Shown here in pieces: positions 9,456-16,885 of a stretch of DNA of 32,000 bases. This stretch comes from Candidatus Methylomirabilis oxygeniifera. GTDB lineage: Bacteria > Methylomirabilota > Methylomirabilia > Methylomirabilales > Methylomirabilaceae. Location of the stretch: the NCBI GenBank assembly GCA_000091165.1, contig FP565575.1, forward strand, positions 960,001 to 992,000, written 5' to 3'. Made by a program: the position numbers and the translations under genes. Below the pieces are notes generated by a model. The model saw only the letters and a list, made by a program, of their open reading frames with translations, had not been told where the DNA came from and made no database searches. Positions within the stretch are counted from its first letter, which is position 1. Each line of letters begins with the position of its first letter.

Positions 9456-9664
9456 CGATTTTTGTCCTTGACTTTCGTCCCATGTTTGAGTAGGTTAGAA
9501 TCAAAATGGGATGTCCCTCACAACATATGCCCGCCTTGACATACGAGCAGTTCAGCCTGCCGACGCTGAGATGCGCTCGTCAGTATGAACCTTTCGACGT
9601 TGAGTTCCATTCAGTGACGACGCGCCGCCATCGCGGTCAAAATCCACCCGAGAGGAGGTAAAAG

Positions 9665-9913
9665 ATGGAGGAGACGGAAGCACAACTCTTTGCTCGTCTC
9701 AGGGAGGAGAATCCGGAGTTCCAGCGACTGGCCGAAAAGCACCGGGAATTCGATCTGAAGATCAGTGAGTTGGACCGGATCTATTACCTGACGAGCGAGC
9801 AGGAGCGAAAGCGGAAGGAGCTACAAAAGCTCAAGTTGACAATCAAAGATCAGATGCACGTGATTATGCGTCAACACCAGCGCAATCACACGCCGGCCAC
9901 GTCCCAAAAATGA
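9665..9913 (+). CDS. Small coiled-coil protein, DUF465/YdcH-like
   Basis: 82 aa: FARLREENPEFQRLAEKHREFDLKISELDRIYYLTSEQERKRKELQKLKLTIKDQMHVIMRQH. Strong RBS-like GAGAGGAGGT just upstream (about 9651-9660). Confidence 0.75.
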   Translation: MEETEAQLFARLREENPEFQRLAEKHREFDLKISELDRIYYLTSEQERKRKELQKLKLTIKDQMHVIMRQHQRNHTPATSQK

Positions 9914-10407
9914 AGCGGCTGACTCACGTCGACCGACATGGCCAAGCCCGCATGGTCGATATCACCGAGAAAGATGAAACCAGGCGGGAGGCCGTGGCCA
10001 GAGGCACCATCACCATGCAGCCAGGAACGCTTCGCATGATTGAGAAGGGGAGGGTTCCGAAGGGCGATGTCCTGGCGGCTGCCAGGCTCGCCGGGCTCAT
10101 GGCGGCAAAAAGGGTGCCTGACCTCATTCCACTCTGTCATCCCCTCCTCGTTTCCAGTGCCGAAGTCGAGTTCACGCCGGTCGAGAAGGCAGGACGCCTG
10201 GACATCGAATCACGGGTCAAAGTCACCGGGCGAACCGGGGCTGAGATGGAAGCGCTGACGGCCGTGGCGATGGCGGCCTTGACTGTCTACGATATGTGCA
10301 AAGCGGTGGACAAGGAGATGGTGATCGGCGCAATCCGTCTGATCGGGAAGACAGGGGGGAAGAGCGGAGCGTATCGTCGGTCTGGCGAGAACGGAGCTGG
10401 AGTCTGA
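9910..10407 (+). CDS. moaC: Cyclic pyranopterin monophosphate synthase (molybdenum cofactor biosynthesis)
   Basis: MVDITEKDETRREAVARGTI, AARLAGLMAAKRVPDLIPLCHPLLVSSAEVEF, GRTGAEMEALTAVAMAALTVYDMCKAVDKEMVIGAIRLIGKTGGKSG: canonical MoaC. ATGA overlap with the upstream ORF. Confidence 0.96.
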   Translation: MKRLTHVDRHGQARMVDITEKDETRREAVARGTITMQPGTLRMIEKGRVPKGDVLAAARLAGLMAAKRVPDLIPLCHPLLVSSAEVEFTPVEKAGRLDIESRVKVTGRTGAEMEALTAVAMAALTVYDMCKAVDKEMVIGAIRLIGKTGGKSGAYRRSGENGAGV

Positions 10408-10456
10408 GAGACTCCCGCAAAGGATTCAGTACCCGAGCGCGTATACGGCACTGACG

Positions 10457-11596
10457 ATGTCTTCAGGATTGAGGACAGCATTCGTTTATACCTCGCGGTT
10501 CCTGGAGTTTGACTACGGACCGGGGCATCCCCTTCGCAATGAGCGGCTTGGGCTCACCTACGATTTGATCGGCGCCTGCGAGTTGCTGTCCACTTCCTCC
10601 ACCTGCTCTGTCGAACCTGAACCTGCCACTGACGATGAACTCTTGGTCTTTCTCAAGCCGGACTACCTGAATGCTCTCAAAGGGGCCGACACCGGTTACG
10701 CTCCCATAGACACGTTCCGATACGGTCTCGGCACCCCCGATAACCCGATCCTGCCAGGCATCTACCGGTGGTCTGCGTTGGTGGCCGGTGCCTCGCTACG
10801 CGCGATGCGCATGGTGGAATCGGGGGAGGTGAGGACAGCGTTCAACATCTCCGGGGGGCTCCACCATGCCGGATCGGGAAGGGCCTCGGGATTTTGTTAT
10901 ATCAATGATGCCGCGCTGATCATCGCCGATCTGTGCCGGCGTGGGCACCGGGTGGCCTACGTAGACATTGATGCGCACCACGGCGATGGTGTCCAGTGGG
11001 CATTCTACGACACGGATCAGGTGTTGACTATTTCGATTCACGAGGGCGGCAACACGCTGTTTCCCGGCACCGGGTTCGTGGGCGAAATTGGTGAAGGAAA
11101 AGGGGAGGGGTATTCAGCGAATATTCCCCTCCCGCCTTCGGCAGACGACGAGATCTTTCTCTGGTGTTTCAACGAAGTGGTCCCGTCTTTGGTGAACGCC
11201 TTTCAGCCTGATATCCTGATCACCCAGCTTGGCATCGACGCCCATCGGACCGATCCCCTCTCTCACATTGGGATCAGCCTTGGGGCGTTTGTTCAGGCAG
11301 TCCGGCGTCTGAAAGATCTCTGCGGCCGATGGGTAGCGCTCGGCGGAGGCGGCTATGACCTGAGGAACGTTGCTCGCGCATGGACCGCTGCTTGGGCTGT
11401 TATGAATGATCGTGAACTTCCGGCCTCGCTTCCACAATCCTTCCTGACTCGGCATAAGGGAATCGAGTGGAATGGGACGGCATTCATCGATGCCCCCGCA
11501 ATCATTGAGGGGACTGCCAAGGCGCGCGCCTGGAAGGAGGTCCGGGAAACGGTGGAACTTCTCAGGCGGTCGGTATTTTTGCGGCACGGCATCTGA
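10457..11596 (+). CDS. acuC: Histone-deacetylase superfamily protein (AcuC-like)
   Basis: GGLHHAGSGRASGFCYINDAALIIADLCRRGHRVAYVDIDAHHGDGVQWAFYDTDQVLTISIHEGGNTLFPGTG and LITQLGIDAHRTDPLSHI...LGGGGYDLRNVARAW: HDAC/AcuC catalytic signatures. Confidence 0.88.
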   Translation: MSSGLRTAFVYTSRFLEFDYGPGHPLRNERLGLTYDLIGACELLSTSSTCSVEPEPATDDELLVFLKPDYLNALKGADTGYAPIDTFRYGLGTPDNPILPGIYRWSALVAGASLRAMRMVESGEVRTAFNISGGLHHAGSGRASGFCYINDAALIIADLCRRGHRVAYVDIDAHHGDGVQWAFYDTDQVLTISIHEGGNTLFPGTGFVGEIGEGKGEGYSANIPLPPSADDEIFLWCFNEVVPSLVNAFQPDILITQLGIDAHRTDPLSHIGISLGAFVQAVRRLKDLCGRWVALGGGGYDLRNVARAWTAAWAVMNDRELPASLPQSFLTRHKGIEWNGTAFIDAPAIIEGTAKARAWKEVRETVELLRRSVFLRHGI

Positions 11597-11728
11597 CGCT
11601 GCACGTGGATCGGCGGGGAGGGCCTATGACGAGACGAAGATAGAGGCTAGGCAGGAGAACGGCACGAGGGGAACGTTAAGATACGGGAACAGGGCAATAA
11701 TGGGTTTCGGTTTGGCAGGAGGCAGCCA

Positions 11729-12016
11729 ATGGCATTCCAGGATAAGTCACTGACGTGTGTTGATTGTGGGCAGCAGTTTACCTTCACCGCCGGCGAGCAA
11801 GAGTTTTATGAGCAGAAAGGATTCATGAATGAGCCAAAACGGTGCAAGGGCTGCAAGTCGGTACGCAAAGGCGTAGGCGGCCATGGAGGCCCCCGCCAGG
11901 AGTACGAGGTCGTCTGCTCAGCCTGTGGCCAGCAGACCTCCGTTCCCTTCAAGCCGATCCTCGACAAACCGGTCTTCTGCAAGCCCTGCTTTGTGGCTAA
12001 GCGATCTGGGGCGTGA
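11729..12016 (+). CDS. Small double zinc-ribbon domain protein
   Basis: 95 aa with CVDCGQQFTFTAGEQEFYEQKGFMNEPKRCKGCK and CSACGQQTSVPFKPILDKPVFCKPC: four CxxC knuckles. Confidence 0.82.
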   Translation: MAFQDKSLTCVDCGQQFTFTAGEQEFYEQKGFMNEPKRCKGCKSVRKGVGGHGGPRQEYEVVCSACGQQTSVPFKPILDKPVFCKPCFVAKRSGA

Positions 12017-12057
12017 GATATGCAGATCTAAATAGCCTGTCGTCGTAAGCGTGGGTG

Positions 12058-12092
12058 AAGGGCCGGGCGCGTACATAGCAGCCCGGCCCTTT
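12058..12092. terminator. Bidirectional rho-independent-like terminator between convergent genes
   Basis: Perfect 11-bp stem AAGGGCCGGGC (12058-12068) / GCCCGGCCCTT (12081-12091) around a 12-nt loop, located between the + zinc-ribbon gene and the - GGDEF gene. Confidence 0.75.
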
Positions 12093-12256
12093 GCTTTCCG
12101 GAGCGGGAGCGGGATCCTATCTTCTCTTCCCATCGCCCTCATTTGGCGGAGAGAGGGTAGGGGCGAGCAACTCAGGAATTGTTGGATGCCGAAAGATCAG
12201 GAAGTCGCACTTGTGCAGGGAGGCCAACGCTCAGCATAACGCGTCGCCCGTGAAGC

Positions 12257-12878
12257 TCAGGTGATGACTTCGACGCGGTTACGTCCAGCGGTCTTGGCCT
12301 GATACATGGCTTTGTCGACTCGATCGATCGATTCCTCGACGGGACGCTCGCCGTCCAGCGCGGCTATTCCGAACGATGCAGTGATTTGTAGGTGCGGATC
12401 ACTGTCGCCACTGCGGATTTGTTGCGCCGCCACGGCAATGCGGAGTCGTTCCGCAATTTCCAAGGCGGCGTCGATCCCGGTGTTAGGCATGCACAGCAGG
12501 AACTCCTCTCCACCGTAGCGATAGAGGCGATCGTAAGATCTCACTTGCAGTTGCAGGCACTGGGAGGTCGACGCCAGTACGGCATCGCCCGCAACATGCC
12601 CGTAGCGGTCATTGATCTCTTTGAAACGGTCGACGTCAATCATTGCAAGGGCGCAATGCTGTACGCCGCGTCGCACCAGCGCCTGTTGCTCGCGCAGGTC
12701 GGCAAGCAGGCTGGTACGGTTGCGTGCGCCGGTGAGCGGATCGCGGTTGTGTGTTGCCTCGACGAGTTCGTCTCGCAGGGACTGCAACTCCAGGCGAAGC
12801 CGGTCGAGTACGTTGTTAAACTGATCGAGATCGTTGGCGGAGACCGGCAGCTCGTAGGTGACTCGCTGCAGAAGGTAT
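12257..12878 (-). pseudogene. Diguanylate cyclase (DgcZ-like), C-terminal GGDEF fragment separated by an IS insertion
   Basis: Minus-strand frame YLLQRVTYELPVSANDLDQFNNVLDRLRLELQSLRDELVEATHNRDPLTGARNR...RSYDRLYRYGGEEF...DKAMYQAKTAGRNRVEVIT with intact GGEEF and RxxD I-site. The same frame hits a stop at the element boundary. Confidence 0.88.
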
Positions 12879-12911
12879 TATACTGACCCCCTTGAGAAGT
12901 AGACAGCGCTT

Positions 12912-13268
12912 GTGACAAACTGGGGCGACTCAACAAGGAGGTGTCGAATGGCCGAGTCGACCCTGACACAGAATCGCTGGACGATCACCCGCAAGACGGC
13001 TGTGGTGCTGGAACTATTGCGTGGTGGTGAGGCCGCGGAGCTGGCCCGCAGGTATGGGCTCAGCCAAGCCCAACTGTTTGCCTGGCGGGATCGGTTCCTG
13101 GAAGGCGGGCAGGCGGCGCTCAAGACGCGCCGGGGACAGATCGACTCTGAGCGGGAGCGCCGCGTGCGGGAGCTGGAGCGCAAGGTGGGCCAGCTCACCC
13201 TGGAGAAGGAGCTGTTAAAAAAAACCGACGCGCTGATCCGCCAACGTGGGCGGAGGTCGACCAGTTGA
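12912..13268 (+). CDS. IS3-family transposase OrfA (HTH/leucine zipper); start could be ATG 12948
   Basis: RKTAVVLELLRGGEAAELARRYGLSQAQLFAWRDRFLEGGQAAL...ERRVRELERKVGQLTLEKELLKK. Ends overlapping OrfB. Confidence 0.88.
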   Translation: MTNWGDSTRRCRMAESTLTQNRWTITRKTAVVLELLRGGEAAELARRYGLSQAQLFAWRDRFLEGGQAALKTRRGQIDSERERRVRELERKVGQLTLEKELLKKTDALIRQRGRRSTS

Positions 13269-14116
13269 GGGCGCAGGGTGCGCCGCTGAGTCTGGCGTGC
13301 CGGACACTGGGTGTCTCGCGCGCGGGCTTCTACAAATGGCAGCGCGGCTCGGCGCCCACTTCCCCGCAGCAGGCGCCGTGTGACGAGCGCCTGGCCCAGC
13401 GGATCCGGAACATCCTGGACCGCGAGGAGACCTTCGGCTACCGGCGGGTGTGGGCCTGGCTGCGGTTCCAGGAGGGCGTCAGGGTGAATCGCAAGACGGT
13501 CCATCGGATCATGCAACGGAAAGGGTGGCAATGCCGCGTGTGGCACCGTCCAGCCCTGCGGCCCACGCCGACGTGGGAGAAGTGTTCGACGGTCCAGCAG
13601 CCGGACCGGCTCTGGGCCACCGATGCGACGAAGATCTGGTGTGGTCGGGATGGCTGGGCGAGTCTTATCGGCGTCCTCGACGCTGGCAGCCGCGAGTGCG
13701 TCGGCGCTCGGTTTGCCCGCCAGGGTCGGGCGATCGAAGCGGTCGATGCCCTGGAGCAAGGCATTCTCCAGTGCTATGGAAGTTTCGCCCACGTACCCGA
13801 GGGCCTGCGGCTTCGGCACGATAACGGTTCCATCTTCCTGGCCCGCCTGTTCGTTGGGACCACCCAGCAGCTTGCGATTACCCAGGAGTTTATCCCTCGA
13901 TACTCCCCGGAGTACAACGGGGTCATTGAACGCTTCTTCCGCACCCTGAAGCAAGAATGTGTCTGGTTGCACCATTTCGAGTCCTTCGCGGAGGCCGAAT
14001 CCATCATCATGGCCTGGATCGACCGCTACAACAGCGAGCGACAGCATTCGGCCCTGGGGTATCTCACCCCTCGGGTCTGGCGTGAACAGTTCTATCAACT
14101 CCCCCAGGCGGCATAA
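13265..14116 (+). CDS. IS3-family transposase OrfB (DDE integrase catalytic domain), probably made as an OrfAB fusion by -1 frameshift
   Basis: LSLACRTLGVSRAGFYKW, DERLAQRIRNILDREETFGYRRVWAWL, LWATDATKIW, LRHDNGSIF, IPRYSPEYNGVIERFFRTLKQE, IDRYNSERQHSALGYLTPRVWRE: complete rve-type DDE pattern. Confidence 0.93.
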   Translation: MRAQGAPLSLACRTLGVSRAGFYKWQRGSAPTSPQQAPCDERLAQRIRNILDREETFGYRRVWAWLRFQEGVRVNRKTVHRIMQRKGWQCRVWHRPALRPTPTWEKCSTVQQPDRLWATDATKIWCGRDGWASLIGVLDAGSRECVGARFARQGRAIEAVDALEQGILQCYGSFAHVPEGLRLRHDNGSIFLARLFVGTTQQLAITQEFIPRYSPEYNGVIERFFRTLKQECVWLHHFESFAEAESIIMAWIDRYNSERQHSALGYLTPRVWREQFYQLPQAA

Positions 14117-14145
14117 GCCCTGTTGACTTTCAGGGGGGCACTACA

Positions 14146-14412
14146 GTATGTTGCGCTGCGGTGCATTTGCTCGTGCGCTTGACCGATCGCGACGAACGCA
14201 GGGTGGTCGCGAAGGAAGCCGGTGATGTCGCTGTCGTACCACTGGCCGAAGCGACAGCGACGGTGTGCGTCTGGCATCAGATCGGGCGCATCAGGGAGTA
14301 GACGGGCGATGAGCACGCGGAGCAGATTCTTGTACCACTGCTCGTGATTATAAATCGCTTGTTCGAGCTGCGCGATCGCCATCTGCAACTGTTGCATGCT
14401 AAAGTAGGGCAT
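14146..14412 (-). pseudogene. Diguanylate cyclase (DgcZ-like), N-terminal CZB (zinc-binding) domain fragment
   Basis: MPYFSMQQLQMAIAQLEQAIYNHEQWYKNLLRVLIARLLPDAPDLMPDAHRRCRFGQWYDSDITGFLRDHPAFVAIGQAHEQMHRSATY: CZB pattern (NH..W, C.FG.W, H..MH). Frame joins the C-terminal fragment when the IS and one TSD copy are removed. Confidence 0.85.
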
Positions 14413-14670
14413 GACGCATTCCAGTGAGCATTATGTCAATATATCAGTTATCTTAAGCCACCATATAGTGAGGTACGACAGATGATACTATCGTGTCAAC
14501 GAGTTAGCAATACTTCTTCTGAATGCTGACGACGATACACGCCGCGCCTCTATGGCCATCATCAGTCTTTCGATGGCGGCGGCGAACATCGAGGGGGGTC
14601 TCCAGGGGCAGACGGAAACCGCCGATGCAAGTTGAATCGGGCGGGTAAGTATGCTACCGTGACGATAAAG

Positions 14671-14705
14671 CAGCTATCAGTTAACAGCGTACAGCGATCA
14701 GGCAT
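14671..14705. repeat. Heptamer-periodic repeat (5 degenerate units) upstream of selA
   Basis: CAGCTAT CAGTTAA CAGCGTA CAGCGAT CAGGCAT, each 7 nt. Confidence 0.7.
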
Positions 14706-14708
14706 TGG

Positions 14709-16157
14709 TTGAAGAGAAAGGTATTCGTGGATAGTGAAACACGGTTATTGCTCAGGCAGCTTCCCTCGGTGGATGAGCTCTTACAGGAGCCGTCGATCCG
14801 GGAGACAGCCAGGACACTGCCGCGCTGGGCTGTCGTTGAGGCGATCCGAGAGGTGTTGGAGCGTCGGCGGCGGTTGATTGCCAACGGGCACTCCGAATCG
14901 ATGCAGGCCGACCTGTCATCCAGAGTCGCGCTGGTTGCCGAGGCGCAGCAGATCGCGCTGCGACTGAATCGGCCGGCCCTGCGGCGTCTCATTAACGCAA
15001 CGGGCGTGGTCATCCATACGAATCTCGGTCGCGCCCCGCTCGCAGAGGTTGCAGTCGAGCGCATGGTCGAGGTGGCGCGGGGCTATTCGAACCTGGAATA
15101 TGATCTTGAACGAGGGGACCGCGGGTCCAGGCAGGATCATGCAGAATGGCTCTTATGCCGCTTGACCGGGGCCGAGGCCGCGTTCGCGGTCAATAACAAT
15201 GCGGCGGCGGTGTTGCTTGCGATCAATACGCTGGCCGAGGGAAGGGAGGTTATTGTCTCGCGCGGGGAGCTGGTGGAGATCGGCGACTCGTTCCGGATCC
15301 CCGATATCATGCGTCGCGCAGGCGGGATTCTGCGGGAAGTAGGGACGACCAACCGGACCTACCTGAAGGATTACGAGGACGCTGTCAGCCCGGCAAGCGC
15401 CATTATCCTAAAGGTACACACCAGCAACTTCCGGATCCAGGGCTTTGCCAACCAGGTGCCGGTGGCCGAGTTGGCCGGCCTGGGCGAAAAGACCGGTCTG
15501 CCGGTGGTGGAGGATGTGGGCAGCGGCGCCCTTATCGATCTGGTACAGCTTGGACTCTCCAGGGAACCGATGCCCTCGGAGAGCATCCGCGCCGGAGCGG
15601 ATCTGGTGACCTTCAGCGGGGACAAGCTGCTGGGGGGGCCTCAGGCAGGTCTGATCGTGGGGAAGCGACTGCTAGTCACAAAGCTTCGCCGAAATCCGCT
15701 CGCGCGCGCCGTGCGGATCGATAAGCTCTCGTTGGCCGCGCTGGAGGCAACGTTGCGCCTTTACCTCGACGAAGGGCAAGCCGTTGCCCACACTCCGGTG
15801 CTCCAGGCGCTTGTGATGCCGCTCCAAGAGATTGAGCGGCGAGCCCGGCGTCTGCGCGATCGGATTACCGCACTCGCCTCGGATCATCTTGAGGTGTCGA
15901 TCATCGAGGGGACGTCAGAGGTCGGCGGCGGCGCGCTACCCCTCGAGGCGATTCCGACGCGCCTGGTGGCCGTGCAGGGTATCCGGATGACCGCGCAGGT
16001 TTTAGAGGGACGTCTGCGCCGGGCCGAGCCACCGGTGATGGTTCGGATTAAGGATAACCGGATCGTCGTGGATCCTCGCACCGTCTCGGAAGATGAGCTG
16101 GACACGCTGGCCGAGCTGATCGCGTCAGCCTCGGTTTCACATGAAGCTGATAGTTGA
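14709..16157 (+). CDS. selA: L-seryl-tRNA(Sec) selenium transferase
   Basis: LPSVDELLQEP, RRLINATGVVIHTNLGRAPL, GYSNLEYDLERGDRGSRQDH, LTGAEAAFAVNNNAAAVLLAINTLAEGREVIVSRGELVEIGDSFRIPDIMRRAGGILREVGTTNRT, LVTFSGDKLLGGPQAGLIVGK: canonical SelA. TTG start. Confidence 0.95.
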   Translation: MKRKVFVDSETRLLLRQLPSVDELLQEPSIRETARTLPRWAVVEAIREVLERRRRLIANGHSESMQADLSSRVALVAEAQQIALRLNRPALRRLINATGVVIHTNLGRAPLAEVAVERMVEVARGYSNLEYDLERGDRGSRQDHAEWLLCRLTGAEAAFAVNNNAAAVLLAINTLAEGREVIVSRGELVEIGDSFRIPDIMRRAGGILREVGTTNRTYLKDYEDAVSPASAIILKVHTSNFRIQGFANQVPVAELAGLGEKTGLPVVEDVGSGALIDLVQLGLSREPMPSESIRAGADLVTFSGDKLLGGPQAGLIVGKRLLVTKLRRNPLARAVRIDKLSLAALEATLRLYLDEGQAVAHTPVLQALVMPLQEIERRARRLRDRITALASDHLEVSIIEGTSEVGGGALPLEAIPTRLVAVQGIRMTAQVLEGRLRRAEPPVMVRIKDNRIVVDPRTVSEDELDTLAELIASASVSHEADS

Positions 16158-16172
16158 TAGCTGACAGCGAGA
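16145..16172. repeat. Heptamer-periodic repeat overlapping the selA stop codon
   Basis: AGCTGAT AGTTGAT AGCTGAC AGCGAGA, 7-nt units. Roughly the inverse orientation of the 14671 array. Confidence 0.7.
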
Positions 16173-16204
16173 GCAAAAACGTACAGAGGGATGAGCGGGG
16201 CGCC

Positions 16205-16885
16205 ATGCGCGGCATATTTGTGACCTTTGAGGGAGGCGAGGGGTCCGGGAAGACGACTCAACTCAAGTTGCTGGCAAATCGCATTCGCGCTTCCGGCAAA
16301 GAGGTCATCGAAACCCACGATCCCGGAGGCACCGCCATCGGCAAAGAGATTCGGACGCTTCTGCTCGATCCGGGATCGGCCCCCATCGCTTCCACTACGG
16401 AGCTGTTGCTGTATGAGGCCAGCCGCGCGCAGCTTGTCCGGGAGCTGATCGCACCGACGCTCCGGCAAGGGGTCGTGGTGCTCTGCGACCGTTTTACCGA
16501 TTCTACGCTGGCGTACCAGGGGTTTGGACGAAGTCTTGACCTCGATCTGATACAGCGGCTGAATCGGTGTGCCACCGACGGAGTTGTACCTGACCTGACG
16601 ATCCTGTTCGATCTCGACCCGGAGATCGGACTGACCCGGTGCAGGCGAGACACGAGCCTCGATGCTGTGACGGGGAGTGGTGCAGAGCCGGCGTGCTGGG
16701 ATAGGATTGAGGCCGAGCCGCTCGAGTTTCACCGGCGGATCAGAGAAGGATACCTTGCTCTGGCCCGGGAGAACCGGGATCGAATGATCGTTATCGATGC
16801 CGGCGTTGGCGTGACCGAGATCGAGACGATCGTGTGGAACCAGTTTATCCGTCTTCAGGGTCGTTGCGTCAATGCCGTTTCGTGA
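16205..16885 (+). CDS. tmk: Thymidylate kinase
   Basis: MRGIFVTFEGGEGSGKTTQLKLLANRI, THDPGGTAIGKEIRTLLLD, LLLYEASRAQLV, VVLCDRFTDSTLAYQGFGR. The tracked ORF starts at 16154, but ATG 16205 gives the canonical N-terminus. Confidence 0.95.
   Translation: MRGIFVTFEGGEGSGKTTQLKLLANRIRASGKEVIETHDPGGTAIGKEIRTLLLDPGSAPIASTTELLLYEASRAQLVRELIAPTLRQGVVVLCDRFTDSTLAYQGFGRSLDLDLIQRLNRCATDGVVPDLTILFDLDPEIGLTRCRRDTSLDAVTGSGAEPACWDRIEAEPLEFHRRIREGYLALARENRDRMIVIDAGVGVTEIETIVWNQFIRLQGRCVNAVS

Larger units (their letters stand above)
12879..14145 (+). mobile_element. IS3-family insertion sequence, about 1267 bp, apparently complete
   Basis: Imperfect terminal repeats TATACTGACCCCCTTGA (left) and, as reverse complement of the right end, TGTAGTGCCCCCCTGA. 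4-bp flanking direct repeat GTAT at 12875-12878 and 14146-14149. Two overlapping transposase frames in -1 relation. Confidence 0.9.

Noticed and set aside
9472-9512. TTGACT...TAGAAT promoter-like pair upstream of the DUF465/moaC genes
   Set aside because: Spacing is about 22 nt, too long for a sigma70-type promoter, and the organism's consensus is unknown.
11600-11728. Purine-rich, vaguely periodic sequence between the AcuC-like and zinc-ribbon genes
   Set aside because: I tested a 7-nt register by eye and could not find a convincing unit; likely compositional.
14413-14708. Possible selC (tRNA-Sec) gene upstream of selA
   Set aside because: No acceptor-stem pairing, TTCAAATC-type anticodon loop or GGTTCGA T-loop recognisable by eye. 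A tRNAscan-SE/Infernal run would be decisive.
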